In this document: piece after piece, positions 1-9,273 of the stretch | Position numbering within the stretch: the first letter of the stretch is position 1 | Layout: each line of letters opens with the position of its first letter | Assembly (NCBI GenBank): GCA_046045415.1 | Contig: JBJOLT010000018.1 | Location: forward strand, 15,986 to 79,985 | Direction of reading: 5' to 3' | Source: Chloroflexota bacterium | GTDB lineage: Bacteria; Chloroflexota; Limnocylindria; Limnocylindrales; CSP1-4 | DNA length: 64,000 nucleotides | Program-made: the position numbers and the translations under genes | Notes under the pieces: model-generated | What the model saw: the letters and a program-made list of their open reading frames with translations, nothing else | Database searches by the model: none | What the model was told of the DNA's origin: nothing

Positions 1-784
1 CGATCCCGACGACGAGGAGCGGGTCCGCGAGCGACGGTCGGAGTCGGGCCGCGACGAGGACGATCGCGGCGCCCGCTGCGAGCCGGACCGGGTAGGGGAC
101 GCCGAGGAAGGTCGAGACCTCGGTCGGCGCCCGGGTGAGGACCTCCCGGACGAACTCGAGCCACGCCGCGGGCGAGACGAGGATGCTCACTCCGAGGACC
201 GCGGCTCCGACGAGCGCCGCTCGAAGCGCCGCCCGTCGCGCGCCCCGGAGGAGCACGTGAGCGAGCGCGATCGCCGGACTCGCCTCGATCGCGGCGACGG
301 CGACCCAGGCGACCGGGCTCCGGCGGATCGCGAGGACGATGAGGACCGCGACGACGAGGTGGACGTTCCGGTAGCCGAGCTCGACCGCGACCGGGGGGAA
401 GGCCGCGAGCGCGAGACCGCCGAGGATGCTCCGGCCGCCGAGCCACCAGAGGCAGCCGAGCAGGAGGGCGATCCACGCGACCCCGAACGCCTCGGCCGGG
501 AGGAGGAGCGTCACCGGGGCGATCGCCTGGGCGAAGACCGGCGGGTACCAGTACCGGTAGAGGTCGCCGGGGTAGGAGGCGCCCTCGTAGATCGGGTCGC
601 CGACGGCGATCCGGCGTCCGGCGAGCCAGTAGGCGAGGTCGTCGCGCGGCTCCATCCACATCGGGGCCGCGTGGCCGAGGATGAACGTCGCGCCGACCGC
701 GGCGAGGAGGACGAGGAGTGGCGGCGGGAAGGTCCTGCCGCGGACGGTGACCGGACGGACGAGGTGCGAGCCGCCCGACCGCAT
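1..784 (-). CDS. Integral membrane protein, DUF2029/GT87-like polyprenyl-phosphate-mannose-type glycosyltransferase (partial; 3' end beyond window)
   Basis: Minus-strand translation from ATG at 784..782 gives MRSGGSHLVRP... with multiple TM segments and a D..Y..A....G.DPY....Y.YPP motif typical of the DUF2029/GT87 N-terminus. It has no stop within the window. Its start overlaps the stop of the downstream deacetylase (TGATG). Confidence 0.5.
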   Translation of the reverse strand, partial: MRSGGSHLVRPVTVRGRTFPPPLLVLLAAVGATFILGHAAPMWMEPRDDLAYWLAGRRIAVGDPIYEGASYPGDLYRYWYPPVFAQAIAPVTLLLPAEAFGVAWIALLLGCLWWLGGRSILGGLALAAFPPVAVELGYRNVHLVVAVLIVLAIRRSPVAWVAVAAIEASPAIALAHVLLRGARRAALRAALVGAAVLGVSILVSPAAWLEFVREVLTRAPTEVSTFLGVPYPVRLAAGAAIVLVAARLRPSLADPLLVVGI

Positions 785-1857
785 CAGACGGCGGTCGTCA
801 CCCAGTAGCGCTCCGCCGCGCCGGATCCGCCGCCGAGCGCGGCCGTCCTGGCCGCGAAGCCGCGGACCGCGGCCGCCATCTCGGTCCTGCCGCCGAAGAG
901 CCGGTCGATCTGGCTCGCGTAGAGGGAGATCCCGGCGATCTTCCGCTCGAGCTGGTCCTCGATGTCCGCGAGCTCGGCCGCGAGGGAGACGTCCTCGGGG
1001 AGCTCGCCGAAGGCGTGCGCCGGGAGGTCGTCGAGGCGGGCGAAGTCGTTCCACCACGCGTACGGGAAGTCCTCGTAGAAGACGACCCGCCCGGTCCACT
1101 CGGGTCCCGGCATCACCCACCGGCGCGACTCGGCGAGGAGCGCGATCCCGGCGGAGCGGGCGAGCTGGTGGTCGACGTGGTCGCCGATCCCGAGCGGCAG
1201 GTAGACCCGTTCCGGCTCATGGCGGGCGATCTCCTGGCGGAGGATCGCGAACGGGGCGCTGTCGTCGTCGCGCGGCATCCCGAGGAGCTGCCCGTCCCCC
1301 TCGTAGCCGCGGAAGACCGCGTCGGGGAGGTCGAGGAAGACGACCGACGCCTCGGCGAAGAAGGCGTACCGCTCGTCCTCGAGCCGCCGGGCCGCCATGA
1401 GGTCGCCCGCCGCCTCCGCCTCGACGAGCTCGGTCGTGAGGACCGGCCCCTGGTTCGCCTGGTCGTCGATGAGCGGCTGGCCGCCGAGCGGCCGGTTCCG
1501 GATCTCCGCGCGGCGGTACCACGACGAGCGCTGCCAGAAGCGCTTCGCCGCCGCATCCGCGTCCTCCTGCGTCGCCTCGAGCTGCGCCTCGGTCGCCGCC
1601 CATGGCGGGAGCGTCCCGCCCGCCGGATGGTCGTTCGCGAGGCTCGCGCGGTTGAACGCCTGGGTCGCCGGCCAGATCGTCTTCGAGCCGAAGCCGAGCG
1701 CCTCGCGCTGGTACGTCGTGAGCGCCCCCGGCTCGCCGGTCCCGGAGAAGACGGTGATGATCGTCACCTTCTGGCCGAGCTCGCGGAGGTTCGCGATCAG
1801 GCCGCCGCAGCTGAGGGCGACGTCGTCGGGGTGGGGGGCGACGAAGACGTGGGTCAT
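784..1857 (-). CDS. LmbE/PIG-L family N-acetylglucosaminyl deacetylase-like protein
   Basis: ORF 784..1920 trimmed to the internal ATG at 1857 (MTHVFVAPHPDDVALSCGG...). The HPDD zinc-binding motif and overall length fit the PIG-L/LmbE family. The upstream part of the tracked ORF is Arg-rich junk. Confidence 0.75.
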   Translation of the reverse strand: MTHVFVAPHPDDVALSCGGLIANLRELGQKVTIITVFSGTGEPGALTTYQREALGFGSKTIWPATQAFNRASLANDHPAGGTLPPWAATEAQLEATQEDADAAAKRFWQRSSWYRRAEIRNRPLGGQPLIDDQANQGPVLTTELVEAEAAGDLMAARRLEDERYAFFAEASVVFLDLPDAVFRGYEGDGQLLGMPRDDDSAPFAILRQEIARHEPERVYLPLGIGDHVDHQLARSAGIALLAESRRWVMPGPEWTGRVVFYEDFPYAWWNDFARLDDLPAHAFGELPEDVSLAAELADIEDQLERKIAGISLYASQIDRLFGGRTEMAAAVRGFAARTAALGGGSGAAERYWVTTAV

Positions 1858-1943
1858 CGCGGGCGAGTATACCGACCCGGTCGGCGATACTTGGAGCCCG
1901 CGGCGGCCTCGGGGCCCCACGGCGACGAACGAGGAGTGACGAG

Positions 1944-3428
1944 ATGACGACGCGAGCCGCCGATCCGGCGTCGCTCACCTTCCGGACCCGCGCCTTCATC
2001 GGCGGGGAGTTCACGGACGCCGCGAGCGGCCGTCGCTTCACCGTGGAGAACCCGGCGACCGGCAGGCGGATCGCCGAGGTCGCCGAGTGCGACGCCGGCG
2101 ACGTCGATCGCGCCGTCGCGGTCGCGCGCGCCGCCGCCCCGGGCTGGGCCGCGACCTCGCCCGCCGACCGGAAGGCGATCCTCGTCCGGTTCGCCGCCCT
2201 CCTCGACGCGCACGTCGAGGAGCTCGCGCTCACCGAGAGCCTCGATGCCGGGAAGCCGATCTCCGACACCCGCGCCCTCGACATCCCCGACTCGGCGGCG
2301 ACGATCCGCTGGCACGCCGAGGCGATCGACAAGCTCTACGGCGAGGTGGGGCCGACCGGTCCGGGAGCGGTCTCGATGATCGTCCGCGAGCCGGTCGGGG
2401 TCGTCGGGGCCGTCATCCCGTGGAACTACCCGCTCCAGATGGCGGCATGGAAGCTCGGGCCGATCCTCGCGACCGGGAACGCCGTCGTCATCAAGCCGGC
2501 GCAGCTCACCTCGCTCAGCCTCCTCCGCGCCGCCGAGCTCGCGGCCGAGGCCGGCGTCCCGGCGGGCGTCCTCAACGTCGTCCCGGGTCCCGGCGCCACG
2601 GTGGGGACCGCGATCGCCCGCCACCCCGGGATCGACGCCGTCGCCTTCACCGGCTCGACGGAGGTGGGACGGACCTTCCTCTCGCACGCCGCGGAGACGA
2701 ACCTGAAGCGCGTCGCGCTCGAGCTCGGCGGGAAGAGCCCCCAGATCGTCATGGCCGACGCCGGCGACCTCGACCGGGTCGCGGAGCGGGTCGCGGCGGC
2801 GATCTTCTGGAACATGGGCGAGAACTGCAGCGCCGGGAGCCGGCTCCTCGTCGACCGCCGGGTGAAGGGGGCGCTCCTCGAGCGACTCGTCGCGCACACC
2901 GAGCGCCACTGGGTCGTCGGGGACCCGCTCGACGAGGCGACCCGGATGGGGCCGCTCATCAGCGGCGGCCATCTCCAGCGGGTCCTCGGCTACGTCGAGG
3001 CGGGTCGCGCGGAGGGAGCCCGCCCGATCACCGGCGGCGGCCGCGTCCTCGAGGCGACCGGCGGCCACTTCCTCGCGCCGACGATCCTCGACGGGGCGAC
3101 GAACGCGATGCGGGTCGCGCGCGAGGAGATCTTCGGACCCGTCCTCACGGTGATCGAGTTCGACGGGGAGGCGGAGGCGATCGCGCTCGCGAACGACACC
3201 GACTACGGGCTCGCCGCCTCCCTCTACACCCGCGACGTCCGCGTCGCCCACCGGATGGCGCGGGCGATCCGGGCGGGGACGGTCGGCGTCAACTGCTACA
3301 GCGAGGGCGACCTCGCGACCCCCTTCGGCGGGTACAAGCAGTCGGGCTTCGGCGGGCACGACAAGAGCGTCCACGCGCACGACCAGTACACCGAGCTGAA
3401 GACGATCTGGCTCGACCTCGAGGGGTAG
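1944..3428 (+). CDS. NAD(P)+-dependent aldehyde dehydrogenase
   Basis: 494-aa ORF with ALDH hallmarks (FTGSTEVG, ELGGKSP, ENCSAGSRLLV catalytic Cys region, EEIFGPV). Full-length. Confidence 0.9.
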   Translation: MTTRAADPASLTFRTRAFIGGEFTDAASGRRFTVENPATGRRIAEVAECDAGDVDRAVAVARAAAPGWAATSPADRKAILVRFAALLDAHVEELALTESLDAGKPISDTRALDIPDSAATIRWHAEAIDKLYGEVGPTGPGAVSMIVREPVGVVGAVIPWNYPLQMAAWKLGPILATGNAVVIKPAQLTSLSLLRAAELAAEAGVPAGVLNVVPGPGATVGTAIARHPGIDAVAFTGSTEVGRTFLSHAAETNLKRVALELGGKSPQIVMADAGDLDRVAERVAAAIFWNMGENCSAGSRLLVDRRVKGALLERLVAHTERHWVVGDPLDEATRMGPLISGGHLQRVLGYVEAGRAEGARPITGGGRVLEATGGHFLAPTILDGATNAMRVAREEIFGPVLTVIEFDGEAEAIALANDTDYGLAASLYTRDVRVAHRMARAIRAGTVGVNCYSEGDLATPFGGYKQSGFGGHDKSVHAHDQYTELKTIWLDLEG

Positions 3429-3458
3429 CCGGACCGCGAGGGCGTCGGCTCGCGGCTA
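3425..3458. terminator. GC-rich interrupted hairpin between convergent genes (possible bidirectional terminator)
   Basis: gtagccg-gac-cgcgag [ggcgtcgg] ctcgcgg-ctac is an inverted repeat sitting exactly between the ALDH stop (3428) and the Ndt-like stop (3456). No U-tract, so weak as a classical intrinsic terminator. Confidence 0.3.
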
Positions 3459-3884
3459 CCCGCGTCGGAGCGAGGCGAGCGCGCCGAGGACCGTCGCGGC
3501 CACCGTCTCCATGTCCGCGATCGGCAGCTCGTAGCGGAGCGTCGCCGATCGGGTGAGCATCAGGTTGTACGGGTCGCCCGGCTCGCCCCACGAGCGGAAG
3601 TCGGTCCGGATCATCACGATCGGCTTCCCCTTCGCGTACGCATAGCCGACCTCCCAGCAGGTCCCCGAGTCCGGGTCCTCGCCGTCCATGATCGCGACGA
3701 GCGCCTCGGACCAGTCGACGTGGCGGACGTCGCTCTCGAAGGTCTGCTGCGGCGTCGTCGCGTCGAACTCCTGCTCCTGGGGGAGGAAGACCTCGTGGCC
3801 CGCGGCGACGAGCCGGTCCCGGAGCCGTTCGTTCCACTCCCGCTCCGCCGAGGTGAAGAGGGGACCGGCGAAGTAGATCCGCAT
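3456..3884 (-). CDS. Nucleoside 2-deoxyribosyltransferase-like protein (Ndt/DNPH1/MilB-BlsM family, PF05014)
   Basis: 142-aa product MRIYFAGPLFTSAEREWNERL...GEDPDSGTCWEVGYAYAKGKPIV matches the Ndt-like fold signature (N-terminal GPLF, DSGT.WE.GYA). Trimmed from tracked ORF 3456..4382, whose N-terminal 160 aa are Arg/Pro junk. There is a 2-nt gap to upstream ribokinase, suggesting co-transcription. Confidence 0.8.
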   Translation of the reverse strand: MRIYFAGPLFTSAEREWNERLRDRLVAAGHEVFLPQEQEFDATTPQQTFESDVRHVDWSEALVAIMDGEDPDSGTCWEVGYAYAKGKPIVMIRTDFRSWGEPGDPYNLMLTRSATLRYELPIADMETVAATVLGALASLRRG

Positions 3885-3886
3885 CG

Positions 3887-4819
3887 TCAGCTCCTGATCG
3901 AGGCAAGGAGGGCGGCCGCCGCGGCGCGATCGGCGAGCGAGCTCTGCGTCCCGTGGCGCGTGACGCTGTCCGCGGCCGACGCGCAGCCGAGCCGGGCGGC
4001 GTCGACCGGTGCGAGCCCGACGGCGAGGCCGACCGCGAAGGCACCGACGAACGCGTCGCCGGCGCCGGTCGTGTCGACGGCGGTGACCCGCGGCGCGGGG
4101 ACCCGGACGACCTCGAGCGACCCGCGGACGAGGAGCGCCGCGCCGCGCTCGCCGAGCGTCACCGCGACCGAACCCCCGGTCCGGGCGGCGAACGCCGCGA
4201 TCCGCGCGTCCTCCCCGGCCGGATCGCCGTCGAGCCTGCCGCCCCCGATCAGCTCGAACTCGTGCTCGTTCGGGACGAGCCAGTCGCTCAGGGCGAGGAG
4301 CTCCGGCTCGATCTGGGCGCCGGGCGCCGGGTTGAGGATCGTCGTCGCACCGATCGAGCGGGCGGCCCGGAAGCCGGCGCACGTCACCCGCTGCGGGACC
4401 TCGAACTGGCCGACGACGACGGCGGGGCGGAGCGTCCGGACCGCTTCCTCGGCGAGCGCGGGGGGCGTCGCGTCGTTCGCCCCCGGGACGACGATGATCC
4501 GGTTCATCCCGCTCGCGTCGACCCAGATCGGCGCGACGCCCGAGGACCCGGGGACGCGCCGGACGTACGTCGTGTCGACCCCCTGGACGCGGAGGTTCTC
4601 GAGCGTCTCGCCGCCGTACGCGTCCTCCCCGACCGCGTTGACGAGGGCGACGCGGGCGCCGAAGCGCGCTGCGGCGACCGCCTGGTTCGCGCCCTTGCCG
4701 CCGAAACCGGAGCGGAACTCACGCCCGATCAGCGTCTCGCCGGCCTCCGGGATCCGGTCGGCGTACGTGATCAGGTCGATGTTCGTGCTCCCGACCACGA
4801 CGATCGTCGGCTCGCCCAC
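3887..4819 (-). CDS. rbsK: Ribokinase
   Basis: PfkB-family motifs GGKGANQA and DTTGAGDAF. GTG start at 4819 preceded by GGAGGA. 310 aa; trimmed from ORF 3887..4990. Confidence 0.88.
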   Translation of the reverse strand: MGEPTIVVVGSTNIDLITYADRIPEAGETLIGREFRSGFGGKGANQAVAAARFGARVALVNAVGEDAYGGETLENLRVQGVDTTYVRRVPGSSGVAPIWVDASGMNRIIVVPGANDATPPALAEEAVRTLRPAVVVGQFEVPQRVTCAGFRAARSIGATTILNPAPGAQIEPELLALSDWLVPNEHEFELIGGGRLDGDPAGEDARIAAFAARTGGSVAVTLGERGAALLVRGSLEVVRVPAPRVTAVDTTGAGDAFVGAFAVGLAVGLAPVDAARLGCASAADSVTRHGTQSSLADRAAAAALLASIRS

Positions 4820-5004
4820 GCTCGCTCCTCCCGATTCCGTTCTCCGGCGAGGGGAATGGTGCCGCCTCGGCCGCCCGCGCGCACGTTGCCCGCGCACGCC
4901 GCCCGCGCACCCGCGTCGCGCGCGGCGAAGCGGAGTGCACGCCGCCCGCGTCCCCATCCCGTATCGTCTCCGTCGACGCCAGAAGGGCACGCTGAGGAGA
5001 CGCG

Positions 5005-6000
5005 ATGACGCAGAGCGCGTTCTGGGAGAGCCCGGTGATCGCCTCGACGATCCCGGTCGTGAAGGACTCGCGCTGGGTCCGGACGAACGCCGCCGCCGTC
5101 GACCGGGTCGCCGGCTGGATGGCCTACGAGGAGTTCGGCCTCCCGGACGGCGCCCAGATGTTCGACTTCGGGTCCGATCCGGACCTCCTCACCGACGTCA
5201 CGCTCTTCGTCAACTGCCTGAACTTCGCCTTCACCGACTTCGCCACGTCCCGCAAGTTCGAGCTCGAGTACCGCGGCCGGACCTGGTCCGACTCCGAGGC
5301 GATGGTCGCCGCGCTCCACCGTGCGCACGCCGCGGGCGAGCCGATCTTCACCGGCGCGTGGATGGCCGGCGTCACGAGGGCCGACCTCGAGCGGGTCTTC
5401 GCCGGTTCGATCGAGATGCCGATGCTCGACGAGCGGGTCGCGATCCTCCGCTCGGTCGGGGCGACGCTCGTCGACCGGTTCGACGGGAGCTTCCACGCCT
5501 GGGCCGCCGGCTGCGAGCCGGCGATGTACGCCGGCGGGAACGGGCTCCTGGAGCGGCTCGTCACGGACTTCCCGCGCTTCGAGGACTCGCACGTCTTCAA
5601 GGGGAGCCGCGTCCGGATCTACAAGCTCGCGCAGCTCGCGCTCTGGGGGCTCCACGCCATGTGGGTCCGCCAGGGGCGCGCCGGGATCCGCGACCTCGAC
5701 CGGATGTCCGCCTTCGCCGACTACATCGTCCCGGTCGCGCTCCGGGTGATGGGGATCTTCCAGTACGTCCCCGATCTGGAGCGGCGGATCATGGCCGGCG
5801 AGCCGATCGCGCGCGACAGCGAGGAGGAGATCGAGATCCGGGCCCACACGCTCTACGCGACGGCGCTCCTCACCGATGCCCTCAACGAGCTCCGCCCGCC
5901 GGAGCTCCGCCTCGTCATCCCGCAGGTCGACTACCGGCTCTGGAAGTCCTACCACGCGACGTTCCACCCGCATCACCTGACCGTCACGACGATGTACTGA
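5005..6000 (+). CDS. Queuosine-salvage protein, Qng1/DUF2419 family (queuosine / queuosine-5'-phosphate N-glycosylase-like)
   Basis: 331-aa product aligns block-by-block with eukaryotic QNG1 (C9orf64): LNFAFTDF, EYRGRTW, MPMLDERVAILRSVG..FDGSF, FKGSRVRIYKLAQL, AFADYIVPVALR, EEEIEIRAHTLYA. RBS GAGGAGA lies 5 nt upstream of the ATG at 5005. Divergent from rbsK. Confidence 0.8.
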   Translation: MTQSAFWESPVIASTIPVVKDSRWVRTNAAAVDRVAGWMAYEEFGLPDGAQMFDFGSDPDLLTDVTLFVNCLNFAFTDFATSRKFELEYRGRTWSDSEAMVAALHRAHAAGEPIFTGAWMAGVTRADLERVFAGSIEMPMLDERVAILRSVGATLVDRFDGSFHAWAAGCEPAMYAGGNGLLERLVTDFPRFEDSHVFKGSRVRIYKLAQLALWGLHAMWVRQGRAGIRDLDRMSAFADYIVPVALRVMGIFQYVPDLERRIMAGEPIARDSEEEIEIRAHTLYATALLTDALNELRPPELRLVIPQVDYRLWKSYHATFHPHHLTVTTMY

Positions 6001-6014
6001 GCGGGCGCCGACCC

Positions 6015-7223
6015 GTGGATCGTCCCCGCCTCGGCCCGTACCGGGAGCTCCTCGGCCACCCGGGGGCCCGGACGCTCGCGCTCTTCGGCCTCCTCGGGCG
6101 CGCCCCGATGGCGATGTTCCCCGTCGCGCTCGTCGCGGCGGCCGCGGGCGCGACGGGCGGCGGGGAGGGCTACGCGCTCGGCGGCGCGGCGGCCGGGGCG
6201 AGCGCCTTCGCCTCGGCGGTCGCCGCTCCGCCGATCGGCAGGCTCGTGGACCGGCACGGTCAGGGCGCCATCCCCCGGCTCCTCGCGCTCGTCTGCGCCG
6301 CCGCCGCGCTCGCGATCGTCGCCTCGCTCCTCGTCATCGGCGCGACCCCGCTCATCGTCCCGCTCGCGGCGATCGCCGGGGCGTCGCAGCCGGCGATCGG
6401 GACCCTCACCCGCGCCCGATGGATGGCGCTCCTCCACGGGACGCCGGCCGGCGACTCCGCCCAGGCGCTCGAGTCGATCAACGACGAGGTCTCGTTCCTC
6501 ATCGGGCCGTCGCTCGTCGCCATCCTCGCGACGGTCGGGTTCGTGGGCCTCCCGATCGTCGTCGGCTCGATCCTCCTCGTCTCGGGCGTCTTCGGGCTGA
6601 CGTCCCGCCGGAGCCTCCCGCCCCCGCCGCCCCACCCCCGCCTCGAGGGGGAGTCGCGCTGGCCCCCCTTCCCCGCGGGCCGCTCCGTCCTCCTCGCCAC
6701 CGGCCTCCTCGGGATCGCGCTCGGCTCGGTCCAGGTCGTCCAGCTCGCCTACTCCCGGTCGCTCGGCCTCGAGACGGGCGCCGCCCTCGTCTTCTTCGTC
6801 TACTCCGCGGCGAGCCTCACCGGTGCGATCGTCGTCGGGGCGATCTCGTGGCGGCAGCCGCCGCGCCGGCGGCTCGCCCTCTCGCTCCTCGTCTACGTCG
6901 CCGGCCTCCTCCCGAGCGCGCTCGTCTCCGGCTACCCCGCCTTCGTCGTCGCCTCGCTCCTCGCGGGCATCGCGATCGCGCCGACGTTCATCCAGGCGAA
7001 CGCGCTCGTCGCCGAGGCGACCCCCACCCGGTACCGGACCGGCGCGTTCGCGGTCCTCGGGTCGGCGACGATCCTCGGGATCGCCGCGGGGTCCGCGCTC
7101 ACCGGCGCCGCCGTCGACGCGCTCGGCGCGGATGCGGCGCGGTCGGTCCTCGTCCCGATGGCGGCGGCGGTCGGCCTCGCCGGCCTCCTCGTCGCCCGCT
7201 CCGGGGTCAGCCCGGGCGGCTGA
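6015..7223 (+). CDS. MFS transporter
   Basis: About 400 aa with 11-12 predicted TM helices, MFS-like charged loops, and a pre-TM1 YRELL...R.L motif. Start taken as GTG at 6015, 14 nt after the Qng1 stop; ATG at 6108 or 6114 are alternatives. The tracked ORF 3720..7223 is mostly spurious upstream. Confidence 0.72.
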   Translation: MDRPRLGPYRELLGHPGARTLALFGLLGRAPMAMFPVALVAAAAGATGGGEGYALGGAAAGASAFASAVAAPPIGRLVDRHGQGAIPRLLALVCAAAALAIVASLLVIGATPLIVPLAAIAGASQPAIGTLTRARWMALLHGTPAGDSAQALESINDEVSFLIGPSLVAILATVGFVGLPIVVGSILLVSGVFGLTSRRSLPPPPPHPRLEGESRWPPFPAGRSVLLATGLLGIALGSVQVVQLAYSRSLGLETGAALVFFVYSAASLTGAIVVGAISWRQPPRRRLALSLLVYVAGLLPSALVSGYPAFVVASLLAGIAIAPTFIQANALVAEATPTRYRTGAFAVLGSATILGIAAGSALTGAAVDALGADAARSVLVPMAAAVGLAGLLVARSGVSPGG

Positions 7224-8454
7224 GCGCGATGACGAGGTGCTCGTAGCCCCGGAACTGGAAGGTGGGGCGGCGGGCGGTCCCGGGGAGGACGTGGATCGCC
7301 TCCTCGGTCCTCGCGAGCTCGGTGAGCGTCGTCTCGAGCTCGAGCCGGGCGAGCGGGGCGCCGATGCAGAAGTGGATCCCGCCGCCGAGCGAGAGGTGGC
7401 TCGTGTCGGCGCGGGCGACGTCGAACCGGTCCGGGTCGGGGTGCTTGCGCGGATCCCGGTTCGCCGCGGCGAGGACGAGCGCGACCCGCCCGCCCTTCGG
7501 GATCTCCGTCCCGGCGATGACGACCCCGTCGTCGAGGACCCACCGCTCGAACCACTGGAGCGGCGGGTCCCAGCGGAGGACCTCCTCGATCGCGGCGCGC
7601 GGCGAGACGACGCCGTCCCGGACGAGCCGCCACTGGTCCGGGTGGGCGGCGAGCGCCGCGATCCCGTTCGACGAGGCGTTCACCGCCGCCTCGTGGCCGG
7701 CCATGAGGAGCACCATCGCGGTCGAGACGATCTGGTCGTCGGTGAGCCGCTCCCCGTCGACGGTCGCGCCGACGAGCGCGGTGAGGAGGTCGTCGCCCGG
7801 CCGGCGCCGCCGGTCGGCGACGAGCTCGAGGAGGTAGCGGCGGAAGTCGCCGGCGGCCCGGTTCGCCGTCGCCTGCTGCTCCTCGCTCGGCCCGGGCTCG
7901 TACATGCTGATCGTGTCGTCCGAGAGGCGGAGGATCGTCCAGCGGTCGCTCTCGGGGACGCCGATCAGGTCGCAGATGATCCCGAGCGAGTAGGCCTGCG
8001 CGTACGAGCCGACGAGGTCGATCGAGCCGGCCTCACGCCCCTCGTCGAGGAGGCGGACCGCCCGGTCGCGGATCGACGACCGGAGCCCCTCGACCGCCCG
8101 GGGCGTGAACGCCTCGGTCACGAGCCGGCGGAGCTTCGTGTGCTCCGGCGGCTCGAGGTTGAGGAGCTCCCACCGCTCGAACGCGTGGTAGTCGGTCCAG
8201 CGCGGGTCGCGCCACGTCGGGATCCCCGGCGAGACGCCGAGCTCCTCGGGCGTGTAGCGGTGGAGGAACGTCGTCCCGAGCCGGCGGTCGCGGAAGGCCG
8301 CGTGGACGTCCTCGTAGCGGGTCAGGTACCAGAGGTGGTCGCCCTCCGGGTGCCAGACCGGCGTCGTCTCCCGGACCCGGGCGTACGCGGGGTACGGGTC
8401 GGCGACGAAGCCGGGGTCGGCCGGGTCGAACGCAAGATCCGGCCGGACGGTCAC
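7207..8454 (-). CDS. Cytochrome P450
   Basis: 415 aa with heme-binding FxxGxHxCxG (LGGGIHFCIGAPLARLE), the EVLRWDPP (ExxR/PERF region) and the AGHEAAV I-helix. GTG start at 8454 overlaps the stop of upstream udp (GTGA). Confidence 0.9.
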   Translation of the reverse strand: MTVRPDLAFDPADPGFVADPYPAYARVRETTPVWHPEGDHLWYLTRYEDVHAAFRDRRLGTTFLHRYTPEELGVSPGIPTWRDPRWTDYHAFERWELLNLEPPEHTKLRRLVTEAFTPRAVEGLRSSIRDRAVRLLDEGREAGSIDLVGSYAQAYSLGIICDLIGVPESDRWTILRLSDDTISMYEPGPSEEQQATANRAAGDFRRYLLELVADRRRRPGDDLLTALVGATVDGERLTDDQIVSTAMVLLMAGHEAAVNASSNGIAALAAHPDQWRLVRDGVVSPRAAIEEVLRWDPPLQWFERWVLDDGVVIAGTEIPKGGRVALVLAAANRDPRKHPDPDRFDVARADTSHLSLGGGIHFCIGAPLARLELETTLTELARTEEAIHVLPGTARRPTFQFRGYEHLVIALSRPG

Positions 8455-9260
8455 CGCGCGGGAGCCGCGGCTGGGCCTCCGGTCGCCCGGTCGCGGGCGA
8501 TGAGGACCCGGAGCCCCTCGACCGCGGCGTCGATCACCGGGTCGATCGAGAAGTCCTTCATCGAGGCCTCCGCCTCCTCCCGGGTCATGTCCGGCGCGCC
8601 GGCGCAGACCATGATCCCGCCGGCGCGGACGCGCGCGATCGCGGCGACGATGAAGATCGCGGCCGCCTCCATCTCGGAGCTGACCGCGCCGCCCCGCACC
8701 CACGCCTTCCAGCGCGCCGCGAGCTCGTCGGCGATCGGCATCCGCTCCGGCTCCACCTCGCCGTAGAAGGAGTCCTTCGACTGGCTGACCCCGAGCCGCG
8801 CGAGGGCGCCGGTCCGGCGCGCCGCCTCGCGGAGCGCGTCGACGACGTCGATGTCCGCGAGCGCCGGGTACTCCATCGGGAGGTAGTGGCTCGTCGTCCC
8901 TTCGTCGCGGATCGCCGCCGTGATGATCGCCAGCTCGCCGGTCCGCATCCCCGGCTGCATCCCGCCGGACGTGCCGACGCGGATGAACGTGTCGGCTCCG
9001 CAGCGGATCAGCTCCTCGACCGCGATCGCCGCCGACGGGCAGCCGATCCCGGTGGAGGTGCACGAGACCGCCACCCCGTCGAGCTCGCCCGTCCACGTCA
9101 CGTACTCGCGGTTCCTCGCCACGAAGCGCGGGTTGTCGAAGCGCGACGCGATCCGCTCGACGCGCCCCGGGTCCCCGGGGAGGAGGACGTACCGGCCCAC
9201 GTCGCCCGGGCGGAGCGCGACGTGGTGCTGCGGCTCGCCCGTGGGCGCGGCCCAGGTCAT
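8451..9260 (-). CDS. udp: Uridine phosphorylase-like nucleoside phosphorylase (PNP/UDP family 1)
   Basis: Strong similarity to E. coli Udp: LPGDPGRVERIA, STGIGCPSAAIAVEEL, GVSQSKDSFYG, SEMEAAA. 269 aa. Confidence 0.8.
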   Translation of the reverse strand: MTWAAPTGEPQHHVALRPGDVGRYVLLPGDPGRVERIASRFDNPRFVARNREYVTWTGELDGVAVSCTSTGIGCPSAAIAVEELIRCGADTFIRVGTSGGMQPGMRTGELAIITAAIRDEGTTSHYLPMEYPALADIDVVDALREAARRTGALARLGVSQSKDSFYGEVEPERMPIADELAARWKAWVRGGAVSSEMEAAAIFIVAAIARVRAGGIMVCAGAPDMTREEAEASMKDFSIDPVIDAAVEGLRVLIARDRATGGPAAAPAR

Positions 9261-9273
9261 GCGGGCGCCGCTC

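Noticed and set aside
3720-7223. 1167-aa plus-strand ORF
   Set aside because: Only the last ~400 codons (MFS transporter) are protein-like. The rest is Arg/Pro/Ala-rich antisense of rbsK and an out-of-frame read through the Qng1 gene; typical GC-rich artefact.
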